A stretch of 64,000 nucleotides of DNA from Burkholderiales bacterium (GTDB taxonomy: Bacteria; Pseudomonadota; Gammaproteobacteria; Burkholderiales; Burkholderiaceae_C): NCBI GenBank assembly GCA_025363275.1, contig JANYEE010000156.1, positions 5,215 through 69,214 of the forward strand. The letters are read 5' to 3'. Under the pieces are notes generated by a model, which ran no database searches, was not told the origin of the DNA, and saw only the letters and a list, made by a program, of their open reading frames with translations. A program made the translations under genes and the position numbers. How positions within the stretch are numbered: the stretch's first letter is position 1; each line of letters opens with the position of its first letter. This document shows, piece by piece, positions 35,650 to 45,329 of the stretch.

Positions 35650-37478
35650 GCCAGGGTCTCCAATTGGGTGCCCGACGCCAGCGCCAAGTTCTGCACCGCG
35701 GTGCAGAAAACTTGCGCGCGGTGGGCGTAGTTGTCAAACATGTCAAAGCTGGCGCAAGCTGGCGACATCAGCACCGCGTCGCCCGCATGGGCGCGCTGGT
35801 TAGCTTGGACCACCGCCTCTTCCATCGTGTCCGCATGAATCAGCGGTACGCTGCTGTCTTGCAAGGCCGCAGCGATGGCCGGTGCATCGCGCCCGATCAA
35901 CACCACGGCGCGGGTAAAGCGGGACACTGGGCCGGCCAAAGGCGCAAAGTCTTGCCCCTTGCCTTCACCGCCCAAAATCAGCACCAGCTTGCGATCCGCA
36001 CCCAGCCCTTGCAGGGCGGCCACCGTAGCGCCCACATTCGTGCCCTTGCTGTCGTCAAAAAACTCTACTCCGTTGAGGATGCCAATAGGCTCCACACGGT
36101 GTGGTTCCCCACGGTATTCGCGCAACCCAAACAAAATCGGCGCCAGAGCGCAACCCGCTGCGGCGCATAGCGCCAAGGCTGCCAGGGCATTGGCGGCGTT
36201 GTGGCGCCCGCGGATGCGCAGCACATCGGCTGGCATCAGTCGCTGGATATGGAGCTCCTCCACTTCGTCGCGGCGCTTCTTGCGGGTTTCGTCCGCCTCC
36301 AGCGCGCGCACCAGCCAGACCATACCGTTGACCTCTTCGATACCGAAATCACCAGGGCGCTGGGGCATATCGGTGCCAAAGGTGGTGTGGGCGCGCTCCT
36401 GGGGGCGTTGCAATTTAACGCGAATGGGCAGGGGCCGCATGGCCATCACGCCAGAATCGTCGCGGTTCAGCACCATCAAGCCGTGCTGGCCAAAGATGCG
36501 CGCCTTGGCCGCAGCATATGCAGGCATGCTGCCGTGCCAGTCCAAGTGGTCTTGGCTCACGTTCAGCACCACGGCAGCTGTGGGCTCAAAACCCACCACG
36601 CCATCGAGCTGGAAGCTGGACAACTCAAGCACCCACACGTCGGGAAGCGTGTCGGCATCCAGATGGCCTGCTAGCGTATCCAGCAAAGTGGGGCCAATGT
36701 TGCCAGCCACTGCCACCGACTTACCGGCGTGAGCCACCAGCTGGCCCGTCAAAGAAGTGACCGTGGTCTTGCCATTCGTGCCCGTGATAGCGAGCACCGC
36801 TGGGACGTAGGCCCGCTGGGTGCGAAGCGCCTGCAGGGCCATCGAAAACAGGTCTAATTCGCCTGTAGCCCGCATATTCATTGTCTTAGCAGCTATTAAA
36901 ACAGGAGCAATTTTTTCGGGACTGAGGCCCGGCGAGCGGTACACCGCATGCAGGTTTTGACCTTCGACCAGCGTGGCGGTGAATGCACCGGCCACAAAGC
37001 GGACCTGGGGCAGTTCCTGCTGTAGGGTGGCGAGCTGGGGTGGTGCTTCGCGGGTGTCGGCTACGGTCACTTGGGCAGCGCCGGTGCGCACGCACCAGCG
37101 TGCCATGGCCAAGCCTGAAGCTCCCAGGCCCAGGATCAGAATGCTCTGGCCTTGCATTGCTTCATGCGGGAAGCTCTGCGGCAGAGGACTCTGCTCCATC
37201 ACATCAGTAGGCCCCACCCGCTGTGCGGGCGCCTCATTGACCTGCGCAGAGCCCTCTGCCTCAGAACTTCCTGGCGCTACTGCCGCAGAAGCATCTTCAG
37301 CAAAGATGTGGGCCACAAAGGCCGCTGCGTCACGCGCGGCGGTCAGTGTGGTGGGCAGGCTGCGTACCTCCTTGGTGGGAGTTACCGCTGCAGCCTCCGG
37401 CGCGCGCAGCTCCACTGCTGCCTCCTCAAGGGGCACTGCAGGGCTTTCGCCAGGGATGTGCTGATCGCCAGTGTTCAT
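35646..37478 (-). CDS. murD: UDP-N-acetylmuramoylalanine--D-glutamate ligase, with a possible N-terminal extension of about 107 aa
   Basis: Contains GLGASG and GTNGKTT motifs. ATG 37478 overlaps the mraY stop as ATGA. The canonical N-terminus ([15 protein letters not shown]) would start at 37157. Confidence 0.85.
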   Translation of the reverse strand: MNTGDQHIPGESPAVPLEEAAVELRAPEAAAVTPTKEVRSLPTTLTAARDAAAFVAHIFAEDASAAVAPGSSEAEGSAQVNEAPAQRVGPTDVMEQSPLPQSFPHEAMQGQSILILGLGASGLAMARWCVRTGAAQVTVADTREAPPQLATLQQELPQVRFVAGAFTATLVEGQNLHAVYRSPGLSPEKIAPVLIAAKTMNMRATGELDLFSMALQALRTQRAYVPAVLAITGTNGKTTVTSLTGQLVAHAGKSVAVAGNIGPTLLDTLAGHLDADTLPDVWVLELSSFQLDGVVGFEPTAAVVLNVSQDHLDWHGSMPAYAAAKARIFGQHGLMVLNRDDSGVMAMRPLPIRVKLQRPQERAHTTFGTDMPQRPGDFGIEEVNGMVWLVRALEADETRKKRRDEVEELHIQRLMPADVLRIRGRHNAANALAALALCAAAGCALAPILFGLREYRGEPHRVEPIGILNGVEFFDDSKGTNVGATVAALQGLGADRKLVLILGGEGKGQDFAPLAGPVSRFTRAVVLIGRDAPAIAAALQDSSVPLIHADTMEEAVVQANQRAHAGDAVLMSPACASFDMFDNYAHRAQVFCTAVQNLALASGTQLETLA

Positions 37479-38653
37479 CGAAGTTTCAAGGTCGACAGGC
37501 CCACCAGGCACAGCAGCATGGTGATGATCCAGAAGCGAACCACTACTTGGGTTTCTTTCCAGCCTTCTTTTTCAAAATGGTGGTGCAGCGGCGCCATCTT
37601 CAACAGGCGGCGGCCTTCGCCGTATTTGCGGCGGGTGTATTTGAAGTAGCTCACCTGCAACATGACCGATAGCGCTTCCACCACGAAGATGCCACCCATG
37701 ATGGACAGTACGATTTCCTGGCGCACGATGACGGCAATGGTGCCTAGTGCAGCACCCAGTGCCAGCGCTCCCACGTCTCCCATGAATACTTGCGCTGGAT
37801 GCGTGTTGAACCACAGGAAGGCCAAGCCGGCGCCCGCCATGGCCGAGCAGAAAATCAGAAGCTCGCCCGAACCAGGAATGTGCGGGAAGAACAGGTATTT
37901 GGAATACACCGCACTGCCGGTGACGTAAGCAAACACGCCCAGTGCCGAACCCACCATCACCACCGGCATGATGGCTAGGCCGTCCAGTCCATCGGTCAGG
38001 TTGACGGCATTGCTGGAGCCGACGATGACCAAGTAAGTCAACACTACAAAACCAAACACGCCCAGCGGGTAGCTCACTTCCTTAAAGAACGGCAACTGCA
38101 AACCAGCTTTGGGCGGCAGGTTTACATCGAAGCCAGAGCGCACCCAGTTAAAGAACAGCTCGATGACTTTCAGGTTAGAGCTCTCGGAAATGCTGAACAC
38201 CAGGTATATAGCCGCGATCAGGCCAATCACCGACTGCCAGAAATACTTTTCCCGAGAGCGCATGCCCTCAGGGTCTTTGTGCACCACCTTGCGCCAGTCG
38301 TCCACCCAGCCAATGGCGCCAAAGCCTAGCGTGACCAGTAGCACGATCCACACAAAGCGGTTGCTCAAGTCAAACCACAGCAGCGTGGAGATAGCAATCG
38401 ACAACAAAATCAACACGCCACCCATGGTGGGGGTACCGCTCTTGCTGAGGTGGGATTCCATGCCGTAGCCGCGAATCGGCTGGCCGATCTTTAGTTCGCG
38501 CAGTCGGCGAATGACCACGGGCCCCGCCGCCAAGCCAATCAACAGTGCGGTCAGCGCCGCCATCACCGCGCGAAACGTGAGGTACTGAAACACCCGGAAA
38601 AATCCGAATTCAGGCGATAAGGTCTGCAGCCACTGGGCCAGACTCAACAACAT
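37475..38653 (-). CDS. mraY: Phospho-N-acetylmuramoyl-pentapeptide transferase
   Basis: A full-length MraY (about 10 transmembrane helices; [13 protein letters not shown]) in the expected dcw position. Confidence 0.97.
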   Translation of the reverse strand: MLLSLAQWLQTLSPEFGFFRVFQYLTFRAVMAALTALLIGLAAGPVVIRRLRELKIGQPIRGYGMESHLSKSGTPTMGGVLILLSIAISTLLWFDLSNRFVWIVLLVTLGFGAIGWVDDWRKVVHKDPEGMRSREKYFWQSVIGLIAAIYLVFSISESSNLKVIELFFNWVRSGFDVNLPPKAGLQLPFFKEVSYPLGVFGFVVLTYLVIVGSSNAVNLTDGLDGLAIMPVVMVGSALGVFAYVTGSAVYSKYLFFPHIPGSGELLIFCSAMAGAGLAFLWFNTHPAQVFMGDVGALALGAALGTIAVIVRQEIVLSIMGGIFVVEALSVMLQVSYFKYTRRKYGEGRRLLKMAPLHHHFEKEGWKETQVVVRFWIITMLLCLVGLSTLKLR

Positions 38654-38674
38654 AGACGATCTCCGAGAAAAACT

Positions 38675-40054
38675 TTAGTGCGCATGCAAAGCCTCCACAA
38701 CCCGTTCCATTCGCATAAAGCGGGAACCCTTGACCAGGATGCTGGCCACGTGGGGCACCTGGATCTGGACCGCCGCTAGCAACGCATCCATGCCGTCAAA
38801 GTGCTGCGAACCTTCAAATACTTCGGTAGCGCAAGTGGCCAAACTACCAATGGCCAGCAATTGCTCGATACCCTTGGCCTTGGCGTATCGGCCCGCTTCG
38901 GCGTGGAACTGCGGGCCTTCATGGCCCACCTCGCCCATATCGCCCAGCACCAGCAAGCGTGGGCCAGGTAATTCAGCCAAAACATCAATGGCAGCACGCA
39001 TGGAATCGGGGTTGGCGTTGTAGGTGTCATCCACCAGCGTGCACGTGTGCGTGCCCAGCACCACCACCTGGGCACGCGAACGGCCTTTGACCGGCACGAA
39101 GGCCTCCAGCCCTTGCACGATGGCTGTGGTGCTTACGCCTGCCGCCAGTGCGCAGGCTATCGCCGCGAGCGAGTTTTTGACGTTGTGACGGCCGGCAATG
39201 GCCAGGTGGTAATGCAGATCAACGCCTGGAGCACAGGCATGTACTTGCCACGCCCCTGCGTCCCAGTGGGCGCTTACGCAATGCACACCGGCGGATGTAT
39301 CTTCCAGTGCAAATGCGGACACTGCGCGCTGGCCGACCAATGATTGCCAAATATCGGTGTAGTCATCATCGGCCGGGAATACCGCGGTGCCTGTTGCCGG
39401 CAAGGCCGAAATCACAGTGCCGTTTTCCTGCGCCACAGCTTGTACGGTGTGCATAAATTCCAGATGCTCGCGCTGCGCATTGTTCACCAGTGCCACCGTA
39501 GGTTGGGCCATAGCAGCCAGCACGGCGATTTCGCCCGGGTGGTTCATACCCAACTCGACTACGGCGATCCTGTGCTCTGCGCGCAAACGCAGCAGGGTTA
39601 ATGGCACGCCAATCTCGTTGTTCAAATTACCGCGGGTGGCTAAGGCGCCACCGTCGGGACTGAAGGCTTTCAGAATCGACGCCAGCATTTGTGTCACAGT
39701 GGTTTTGCCGTTGCTGCCGGTCACGGCAATCAGCGGCAGCGCGAATTGGGCGCGCCAAACCGTTGCCAACTCGGACAGGGCCAGCTTGGTGTCAGGCACT
39801 TCAATGCGAGCAAAGCCAGGCAAGCTTGCACCAGCGCCAAAGTGGCAAATGGCAGCTACGGCACCGCGCGCTTGCGCGTCTTGCAGCAGGTCATTGGCAT
39901 CAAAGCGTTCGCCCTTCAGCGCAATGAAAAGATCGCCCGGCTCCACGGTGCGCGAATCGGTGTGTACGCGCGTAACCGCTATATCTGGAGAGCCGATCAG
40001 ATGCGAGTCCGACAGCCATTGCGCAGCTTGGCCGAGTTGCAGCATGGCGCTCAT
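38675..40054 (-). CDS. murF: UDP-N-acetylmuramoyl-tripeptide--D-alanyl-D-alanine ligase
   Basis: A Mur ligase with the VTGSNGKTT motif, in the expected position. Confidence 0.96.
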   Translation of the reverse strand: MSAMLQLGQAAQWLSDSHLIGSPDIAVTRVHTDSRTVEPGDLFIALKGERFDANDLLQDAQARGAVAAICHFGAGASLPGFARIEVPDTKLALSELATVWRAQFALPLIAVTGSNGKTTVTQMLASILKAFSPDGGALATRGNLNNEIGVPLTLLRLRAEHRIAVVELGMNHPGEIAVLAAMAQPTVALVNNAQREHLEFMHTVQAVAQENGTVISALPATGTAVFPADDDYTDIWQSLVGQRAVSAFALEDTSAGVHCVSAHWDAGAWQVHACAPGVDLHYHLAIAGRHNVKNSLAAIACALAAGVSTTAIVQGLEAFVPVKGRSRAQVVVLGTHTCTLVDDTYNANPDSMRAAIDVLAELPGPRLLVLGDMGEVGHEGPQFHAEAGRYAKAKGIEQLLAIGSLATCATEVFEGSQHFDGMDALLAAVQIQVPHVASILVKGSRFMRMERVVEALHAH

Positions 40055-41574
40055 ACGGCGGCACCAATGCGCAATGCCAAGGCGGCGCCTGCATGGGCAC
40101 GGTCAGAGAATTCAATCTTGATACCGGCTATTTCTTGGGTAGATTCATGACCCTTACCAGCCAACAAGATCACATCGTTAACGTCAGCATTGGCAACAGC
40201 CTGAGCGACAGCTTGTGCACGATCGGACTGTACTTGCACCGCAATACACGGTGGCATGCCCAGCAGTATTTGGGCAATGATGGCTTCGGGCTTTTCACTG
40301 CGGGGGTTGTCACTGGTCACGATGACCTGGTCCGCCTTTTGGGCTGCCAGCGCGCCCATCATCGGACGCTTGGTGTTGTCGCGGTCGCCACCGCAACCAA
40401 AAACACACCAAAGCTTGCCACCGCGCTGAACTGCCAGCGGACGCAATGCGTCCAGTGCCTGACCCAATGCATCCGGGGTATGCGCATAGTCCACTGCCAC
40501 CAGGGGTGCGTTCGGCTCTATCAAACACTCCATGCGCCCAGGCACCGGATGCAAGTTAGAACATACAGCCACCGCATCTTCCAGAGCCACACCGAGGCTG
40601 CGCATGGCGGCTATTACGCCAAGCAAATTGGCTACGTTGTAGGTGCCAACCGTTTGTGTGGCGACGGAGCAATGCTGCGCACCTTCGTGCACTTCAAATT
40701 GCAGACCTTGCTCTGCATAGCGGATATTTTGTGCTTTCAGGCGGGCATCCTGCCGGGTCGAAGTGGTCCAGACATCCAGTGCGCGGGAAGTCAGCGCTGC
40801 AGCTAAATCCATACCCTGCGGATCGTCGATATTGACCACTGCGTGCTGCAGACCGGGCCAGGTAAATAGCCTGACCTTGGAAGCCCAGTAGGCTTGCATG
40901 CTACCGTGGTAGTCCAAGTGGTCTTGCGTGAAGTTGGTGAAAATCGCAACTTGAATACTGGTACCACTCAGACGCTGCTCTTCCAAGCCAATGGAAGAAG
41001 CCTCCACGGCACAAGCGCGCAGGCCGCTATTCACAAACTTGCGCAAAGTCTTTTGCAGTAGAACAGGATCGGGTGTGGTGAATCCGGTAGGTACCAACGC
41101 CAGATCTGCAGGCGAAGGCACCGCACCCGCTGCGGGGGCACGCCCAACACCCAGCGTACCGATCACGCCGCACGGCATGGCTTTGGCGCCTGGCAACGCC
41201 GACAAGGCTTGCGCCAGCCACCACGCCGTAGAGGTCTTGCCATTGGTCCCGGTCACTGCGGCTACTGCGAGTTCATGCGAAGGTTGCTCGAAAAATTCTG
41301 CGGCAATCAGACCGCTATCGGCCTTCAACCCCGCATAGGTCGCGACCCGTGCGTCAGCCCACGCAAAAGCACCTGCGCCATCGTGCTCGACCAGACAAGC
41401 AGCAGCACCCTGTGCCAGTGCCGACGCTACGTACTGCCGGGCATCTGATACACCACCAGGCCAGGCCAGGAAACCATCGCCCGCTACAACCTCGCGGCTG
41501 TCCGATTGCAGGCTACCGCCGGTAGCCTGGCGCAACCACTGGGCTGCCGCTCGGGGAGTGGTGAGCAACTGCAT
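40051..41574 (-). CDS. murE: UDP-N-acetylmuramoyl-L-alanyl-D-glutamate--2,6-diaminopimelate ligase
   Basis: Contains VTGTNGKTS and the DAP-specific DNPR motif (TSDNPRSE). Confidence 0.96.
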   Translation of the reverse strand: MQLLTTPRAAAQWLRQATGGSLQSDSREVVAGDGFLAWPGGVSDARQYVASALAQGAAACLVEHDGAGAFAWADARVATYAGLKADSGLIAAEFFEQPSHELAVAAVTGTNGKTSTAWWLAQALSALPGAKAMPCGVIGTLGVGRAPAAGAVPSPADLALVPTGFTTPDPVLLQKTLRKFVNSGLRACAVEASSIGLEEQRLSGTSIQVAIFTNFTQDHLDYHGSMQAYWASKVRLFTWPGLQHAVVNIDDPQGMDLAAALTSRALDVWTTSTRQDARLKAQNIRYAEQGLQFEVHEGAQHCSVATQTVGTYNVANLLGVIAAMRSLGVALEDAVAVCSNLHPVPGRMECLIEPNAPLVAVDYAHTPDALGQALDALRPLAVQRGGKLWCVFGCGGDRDNTKRPMMGALAAQKADQVIVTSDNPRSEKPEAIIAQILLGMPPCIAVQVQSDRAQAVAQAVANADVNDVILLAGKGHESTQEIAGIKIEFSDRAHAGAALALRIGAAV

Positions 41575-43316
41575 CAGAAGCTCTCCTCCACCGACTGCGC
41601 CACGATCTGGGGACGCACAGCCATGTCGGGCTGCACACCCAATGTACGCAGCGTCTGCTGCACTGTATCGCTAAACACCGGTGCAGCTACATCTCCACCA
41701 AAGTACTTGCCATTGCTGGGCTCGTCAATCATCACTGCCACCACAATGCGCGGGTTGTCGATTGGCGCCATGCCTACAAACCAACCGCGGTACTTGCGGT
41801 TTTTATCGGTACCGTAGCCTTTGCCGATTTGCTTGTAGGCCGTACCGGACTTGCCACCGACAGAGAAGCCCATGGTCTGGGCCTTTTGACCGGTTCCACC
41901 CGGGCCTGCGGCCATCTGTAACATCTTGCGCACCTGCCCCGCCGTTTTGGCCGACAGCACCTGCACACCAGGGGCCATTTCGCTACTCTTACTCAAAGTG
42001 ACAGGAATGATTTGACCGTCGCGTGCAAACACGGTGTAAGACCGCGCCATCTGAAACAGTGAAGCCGATAGACCATAGCCATAGGACATGGTGGCCTGCT
42101 CAATCGGACGCCAAGTTTTGAAAGGACGCAAGCGCCCGGAGACGGCGCCAGGAAAACTAATTTGCGGCTTTTGACCGAAGCCCGCCTGCGTGAATAGCTC
42201 CCACATTTCATGGGGTTGCATCTGCATCGCTATCTTGGTGGTTCCCACATTGCTCGACTTCTGAATCACGCCTTCTACCGTCAATACGCCATTGGGATGC
42301 GAGTCTGAGATCGTAGAGCCGGTGATCGTGATGCGGCCAGGGGTGGTATCAATAATGGTTTGGGGGGTGACGCGCCCAGTTTCTAGTGCCAAACCAATAG
42401 TAAAAGGCTTCATCACAGAGCCAGGCTCAAAAGTGTCTGTCAGTGCACGGTTGCGCAATTGCTCACCACTGAGGCTGCGGCGCTTATCGGGGTTGTAGCT
42501 GGGATAATTGGCGAGCGCCAGAACTTCGCCAGTGCGTACATCCAGCACTACAACGCTACCCGCCTTGGCTTTGTTCTCCAGCACTGCATCGCGCAGCTTT
42601 TGGTAGGCAAAAAACTGGACTTTGCTGTCGATGCTGAGCTGCAGGTCTTTGCCAGAAGCGGGTGGGATTTGGTCGCCCACGTCTTCCACCACGCGACCCA
42701 GCCGATCTTTGATCACACGCCGCGATCCGCTCTTTCCCGCCAGTTGCTTGTTGAAGGTGAGTTCCACGCCTTCCTGCCCCTGGTCTTCCACATTCGTGAA
42801 CCCGACCACATGCACGGCCGACTCGCCCTCAGGGTATTCGCGTTTGTATTCCTTGCGCTGGTAAATACCCTTGATGTTGAGCGCCGCAATTTCTTTGGCC
42901 ACAGGTTCTTCTACCTGCCGACGCAACCAGACGAACGACTTGTCGTCGTTCTCTAACTTTTTAGCAAGCTCGTTTTCAGGTAATTCCAGCAGTTTGGCCA
43001 ATTGCTTTTGCTGCTGTTTGCTAATTTCTACATCTTCCGGAATAGCCCAGATACTGGGCGCTGCCACGCTGGACGCCAGGATCAAACCGTTGCGATCCAG
43101 AATGCGGCCACGGTTGGCAGGTAATTCCAATGTTCGGGCAAAGCGCACTTCGCCCTGGCGCTGAAAGAAATCATTCGCCACCACTTGGATATAGGCCGCA
43201 CGTGCAGCCAGTCCACAAAATGCCAATGCAATAGCACCCACGACGAACTTGCTGCGCCACACGGGTGTGCGACTGGCGAGCAACGGGCTTGCGGTGTACT
43301 GAATGCTGCGGCTCAC
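41574..43316 (-). CDS. ftsI: Peptidoglycan D,D-transpeptidase FtsI (PBP3)
   Basis: Has an N-terminal transmembrane segment and the transpeptidase motifs SVMK, SSN and KSGT. Confidence 0.95.
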   Translation of the reverse strand: MSRSIQYTASPLLASRTPVWRSKFVVGAIALAFCGLAARAAYIQVVANDFFQRQGEVRFARTLELPANRGRILDRNGLILASSVAAPSIWAIPEDVEISKQQQKQLAKLLELPENELAKKLENDDKSFVWLRRQVEEPVAKEIAALNIKGIYQRKEYKREYPEGESAVHVVGFTNVEDQGQEGVELTFNKQLAGKSGSRRVIKDRLGRVVEDVGDQIPPASGKDLQLSIDSKVQFFAYQKLRDAVLENKAKAGSVVVLDVRTGEVLALANYPSYNPDKRRSLSGEQLRNRALTDTFEPGSVMKPFTIGLALETGRVTPQTIIDTTPGRITITGSTISDSHPNGVLTVEGVIQKSSNVGTTKIAMQMQPHEMWELFTQAGFGQKPQISFPGAVSGRLRPFKTWRPIEQATMSYGYGLSASLFQMARSYTVFARDGQIIPVTLSKSSEMAPGVQVLSAKTAGQVRKMLQMAAGPGGTGQKAQTMGFSVGGKSGTAYKQIGKGYGTDKNRKYRGWFVGMAPIDNPRIVVAVMIDEPSNGKYFGGDVAAPVFSDTVQQTLRTLGVQPDMAVRPQIVAQSVEESF

Positions 43317-43618
43317 GGCGTACCCACCTTGGGAACGGTTGCCCGACTGGCATCCGCGGCGTAGGTCACGTAGGTGGTAATGCCCGCTTGGGCCTGGCGC
43401 ATTTGTAGCTTGTCGCGTGCCAGGCGCTCCACGCGCGCAGGCGTTGCCTGCGAACGCTTGGTCACCTGCAGCACGTCTTTCTCAGTCTCTAGGCGGCGTG
43501 CCTCGGTGTGCGCGCGGTCTAGCTCCGTGGTCAATCGGCGTGAGTCGTACTGAACACTGACCAAGTACAAGGCACTGGCCATCACCGCCACCAACAAAAC
43601 TAAATTTAAACGGATCAC
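43313..43618 (-). CDS. ftsL: Cell division protein FtsL
   Basis: 101 aa with a transmembrane segment followed by a coiled coil, located between rsmH and ftsI. Confidence 0.88.
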   Translation of the reverse strand: MIRLNLVLLVAVMASALYLVSVQYDSRRLTTELDRAHTEARRLETEKDVLQVTKRSQATPARVERLARDKLQMRQAQAGITTYVTYAADASRATVPKVGTP

Positions 43619-44550
43619 GACGCCGTCCTCTGCGCCACGCGCATGATGGCGCTACGTGAACGCGGATTGGTGGCTACCTCTTCAGCACTGGGCTTAACCC
43701 GGTCCAGGGCCTTGAATTTCATGACCTTGGGTGCCGCAAACGGCGCACGGCGGTCGTATTCATCTTTGGAGTGCTTCGCAATGAACTGCTTGACGATGCG
43801 GTCCTCCAATGAATGGAAGCTGATTACCGCCAAGCGGCCACCGGGTTGTAGCAGATGCAGGCAGGCTTCTAACGCCTGTTGCAACTCCTCAAGCTCGGCG
43901 TTGATGAAAATCCGAAGAGCCTGAAATGTGCGCGTTGCAGGGTTCTGGCCCGACTCGCGGGTTTTGACCGTGTCAGCCACGAGCTGGGCCAGCTCGGTGG
44001 TGGTTGAAATTGGGCCCCGCTCTTGTCGGCGAGCAACAATCGCCTTTGCAATGTTGCCAGCAAACCGTTCTTCACCATATTCACGTATCACCTCCGCGAT
44101 TTGATTGACCTCGGCCGTCTCCAGCCACTGCGCCACGCTCTCACCCCGGGTGGTGTCCATGCGCATGTCCAGCGGGCCATCGAAACGGAAGCTAAAACCC
44201 CGCGCGGGGCTGTCGATTTGCGGGGAGCTCACCCCCAAATCCATCAGCACGCCAGCCACGCTGCCGCCCTGAATTTCGTTCATGTGCGAAAACGCCGAAT
44301 GCCGGATGGAAAACCGGCTGTCTTGTATTGCGTTGGCTTCTGCGACCGCCTCTGGGTCGCGGTCAAACGCGATCAAGCGCCCCAACGGGGAGAGACGGGA
44401 GAGTAAGAGACGGGAGTGACCACCGCGACCAAAGGTGCCATCGACATAGGTGCCATCCGCAGCAGTCGATTCAGCGCCTTGGCCGTCTTCCAACAAAGCG
44501 TCCACTGCCTCGTTCAACAAAACGGTGGCATGGGTCCGGGCAATTTCCAC
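43615..44550 (-). CDS. rsmH: 16S rRNA (cytosine1402-N4)-methyltransferase
   Basis: Contains the [10 protein letters not shown] motif and is the second gene of the dcw cluster. Confidence 0.96.
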   Translation of the reverse strand: MEIARTHATVLLNEAVDALLEDGQGAESTAADGTYVDGTFGRGGHSRLLLSRLSPLGRLIAFDRDPEAVAEANAIQDSRFSIRHSAFSHMNEIQGGSVAGVLMDLGVSSPQIDSPARGFSFRFDGPLDMRMDTTRGESVAQWLETAEVNQIAEVIREYGEERFAGNIAKAIVARRQERGPISTTTELAQLVADTVKTRESGQNPATRTFQALRIFINAELEELQQALEACLHLLQPGGRLAVISFHSLEDRIVKQFIAKHSKDEYDRRAPFAAPKVMKFKALDRVKPSAEEVATNPRSRSAIMRVAQRTAS

Positions 44551-44559
44551 GATGCCGAC

Positions 44560-45015
44560 CTAAAAGGAGAAGTCTTTAAAAACATCGGGCATGTCGCCCT
44601 GCATGGCCTGCGCCTCTTGGGCGTCGTAGGTGGCCTTGTCCCACAGCTCGAAGTGGTTGCCCATTCCCAGCAGCATGGTGTCTTTGCCAATAGCAGCAGC
44701 AGCGCGCAGCTCAGGCGAAATCAACACACGCCCGGTGGCATCCATGTCCACGTCCATCGCATTACCCAAAAAGATGCGCTTCCACCATTGGGCCGACATC
44801 GGCAACGCAGCAATACGGTCACGGAATTTTTCCCACTCTGGACGGGGAAATACCATCAGGCAACCGTGCGGATGCTTGGTAATGGTGAGCTGGCTGGCGG
44901 CAGTCGCACTCAAGACATCGCGATGCCGGGTCGGCACGCTGAGCCGTCCCTTTGCATCCAGACTGATTGAAGAAGCCCCTTGAAACACCAGATTTACCCT
45001 TTTTCTCTTTACCAC
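44560..45015 (-). CDS. mraZ: Transcriptional regulator MraZ
   Basis: Two SpoVT/AbrB-like repeats are present ([21 protein letters not shown]). The canonical N-terminus (V)FQGASS suggests an alternative GTG start at 44988. Confidence 0.93.
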   Translation of the reverse strand: MVKRKRVNLVFQGASSISLDAKGRLSVPTRHRDVLSATAASQLTITKHPHGCLMVFPRPEWEKFRDRIAALPMSAQWWKRIFLGNAMDVDMDATGRVLISPELRAAAAIGKDTMLLGMGNHFELWDKATYDAQEAQAMQGDMPDVFKDFSF

Positions 45016-45035
45016 AGTGAATTAGCCAAGAAATT

Positions 45036-45096
45036 GGCACTTTTCACCACTAAATTGCACTTTTTTGCACTGTAGCAGTAAAAGTACAAGTTGCAA
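45036..45096 (-). promoter_or_regulatory. Candidate Pmra promoter with four phased MraZ boxes
   Basis: The minus strand reads cAGTGCaaaa-aAGTGCaatt-tAGTGGtgaa-aAGTGCcaat, with an exact 10-bp phasing (plus-strand NCAC ends at 45040, 45050, 45060 and 45070). A candidate -35 TTGCAA (45091-45096), a 16-nt spacer and a -10 TACAGT (45069-45074) overlap the first box. Confidence 0.65.
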
Positions 45097-45217
45097 GATG
45101 GCTTGCGAGAAAAAATTTCAATGAAATCAAGGACTTAGAAGCGTTTTTGCAACCACTCAATGGGTAAAAATCGTTCTAAATTAAGCACTTAGCGCAGGCA
45201 ATGAAAGTAACGCTTGA

Positions 45218-45239
45218 AGCCAACCTGTAATAAGGTTGG
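45218..45239 (-). terminator. Possible terminator hairpin after the STAS-like gene
   Basis: GCCAACCT pairs with AGGTTGGC (8 bp) around a 6-nt loop. The downstream T run on the minus strand is only weak. Confidence 0.35.
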
Positions 45240-45329
45240 CCGTGCCTTTTACACTAAGTAACGGGACAGCCCGCGCGCTTTAGATGCGGCAAGGGCAAGG
45301 TCCACGTCCGCGGCAGGGTGGTTTGCGTC

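Noticed and set aside
35875-36732. 285-aa plus-strand ORF (and neighbours) antisense to murD
   Set aside because: This is an antisense high-GC artefact inside a well-supported Mur ligase gene.
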